64,000 bases of DNA from Gammaproteobacteria bacterium (GTDB lineage Bacteria; Pseudomonadota; Gammaproteobacteria; CBDBNL01; JAAOII01): positions 576,001-640,000 of the forward strand of contig OZ242372.1 of the NCBI GenBank assembly GCA_965209035.1, read 5' to 3'. The first letter of the stretch is position 1. Every line of letters starts with the position of its first letter. The position numbers and the translations under genes are program-made. The notes beneath the pieces were generated by a model that saw nothing but the letters and a program-made list of their open reading frames with translations, made no database searches and was not told where the DNA came from. Shown piece after piece: positions 62,715 to 64,000 of the stretch.

Positions 62715-63800
62715 ATGCAAGAGGCTATTAATAACAATAACAACGGGAGGAACTCGCACCCCCTGCAACTCATTCTGCCCAGGCCCGACGACTGGCATGT
62801 GCATCTGCGCGAAGGTGACTTCTTGCCGCTGACACTTGCTTGCGCTGCGGCAAAGAAGTTTGGCAGATGTGTCGCCATGCCCAACTTAAAAAAACCGCTG
62901 ACTTCCGCCGAGCGTATCACCGAATATGCGGCCGCCGTCACAAGTAACATACCCAAAGACGCCGATATTCGGGTTCTATTGACTCTGTTTCTGACGGACG
63001 AAACAACCGCCGACCAAATAGATTCCGCAAAAAAGATCAACAATTTTTTTGCGGTTAAGTGGTACCCGGCAAACGCCACCACCAATTCGGCAAACGGCGT
63101 GCGAGATATCAAAAACGCCTACCCCGCACTGGCAAGAATGGAAGAGTTGGACATCCCGTTGTTGGTGCACGGCGAAACGGCGGGTGCCGGAGAGGATGTG
63201 TTTGATCGCGAATCTCTCTTCATAGAAAATACTTTGCCGCCGGTCAGATCCAAGTTTCCCGGATTGCGCATCACCATGGAACACATCAGCACCGCGGCCG
63301 CTGTTTCCTACATTCGGGATGCGGGGGCGAGAACCGCCGCCACCGTGACTCCCCAGCATTTAATGTTCAACCGAAACGATCTGCTGGGAGACGCAATTAA
63401 CCCGCATCTTTACTGTAAGCCCATCCTAAAAAGAGAAGCGGATCGCACGGCACTGCGCGAACTCATTGCCGACGGATTGGAACGTGTTTTTCTTGGCAGC
63501 GACTCCGCCCCTCATCCGAGTGCAAAAAAAGAGTCCGCCTGCGGCTGTGCCGGTGTGTTTAGCGCGCCCTGTCTGTTGGAAGCATACGCACAGGTGTTTG
63601 ACGAACTCGGCTGTTTGAATCGGTTGGAGAACTTTGCCTGTCGCAACGGCGCCGCTTTTTACGGTTATCCGATCTCCCGGGAGACCGTCCGTATGATAAA
63701 AGAAAGATGGCGGGTGCCCGAAGTTGTTCGGCACGGCAACATTGAATTGATCCCGATGGCGGCGGGACAGTATTTGGATTGGAAATTGGATCAGCATTAA
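62715..63800 (+). CDS. pyrC: Dihydroorotase
   Basis: PDDWHVHLR, MPNL, YPANATTNS, YCKPILK, LGSDSAPH. Confidence 0.95.
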   Translation: MQEAINNNNNGRNSHPLQLILPRPDDWHVHLREGDFLPLTLACAAAKKFGRCVAMPNLKKPLTSAERITEYAAAVTSNIPKDADIRVLLTLFLTDETTADQIDSAKKINNFFAVKWYPANATTNSANGVRDIKNAYPALARMEELDIPLLVHGETAGAGEDVFDRESLFIENTLPPVRSKFPGLRITMEHISTAAAVSYIRDAGARTAATVTPQHLMFNRNDLLGDAINPHLYCKPILKREADRTALRELIADGLERVFLGSDSAPHPSAKKESACGCAGVFSAPCLLEAYAQVFDELGCLNRLENFACRNGAAFYGYPISRETVRMIKERWRVPEVVRHGNIELIPMAAGQYLDWKLDQH

Positions 63801-63853
63801 TTTGTTTTAAGGAATTATTTTTTTAATGAAGCATTTAAGGAGGTATCATCATA

Positions 63854-64000
63854 ATGCGATATAAAAAAGCCCACCCGATATTTGGCAGGTTTCGCGGTTT
63901 TTTGCCGGTAGTCATTGATTTGGAAACCGGCGGCGTAGACGCGGAAAAGCATCCGATTTTGGAGATGGCCGCCGTTTTTTTAACGATGAATGAAAACGGC
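63854..64000 (+). CDS. rnt: Ribonuclease T, 5' part (cut by window edge)
   Basis: [27 protein letters not shown]...ILEMAAV; pyrC-rnt synteny. Confidence 0.85.
   Translation, partial: MRYKKAHPIFGRFRGFLPVVIDLETGGVDAEKHPILEMAAVFLTMNENG

Overview
Bacterial chromosome segment, gammaproteobacterial by its housekeeping genes. A host-associated lifestyle is suggested by eukaryote-like repeat lipoproteins, IS relics and pervasive short tandem repeats, but this is inference. Left part (~3.3-22 kb) is a mostly AT-rich defence island: XRE-ImmA/IrrE peptidase, YgjP/M48 peptidase, an ABC-ATPase/TOPRIM (OLD-like) gene broken by one in-frame TAA, and a type I R-M locus (hsdS-like, hsdM, GIY-YIG, hsdS, TIGR04141-like, hsdR). 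It ends in a divergent tandem array of three PD-(D/E)XK nucleases plus an orphan C-terminal cassette with a conserved-variable-conserved layout, the best candidate for an undescribed system. Middle is housekeeping (bfr, sohB, folE2, gloB, glpK, sucBA, sdhBADC, mpl, M20 amidohydrolase, LigE-like GST, parB, parA, rsmG, hisC, hisD), with a frameshifted O-fucosyltransferase-like gene, a triplicated parB 3' end and a 12x24-bp array with parS-like half sites upstream of parA. A second accessory patch (~47.9-56.1 kb) has a TSP3/GLUG lipoprotein paralog, IS481-like relics, an HTH-MTase with an in-frame TGA plus a nuclease, and three tandem Panacea/SocA (DUF4065) genes before one membrane protein. Right end: metG, pyrD, uvrC, trkA, pyrC, partial rnt. 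No rRNA, tRNA or CRISPR array was recognised. All family calls come from motif recognition, without database searches.
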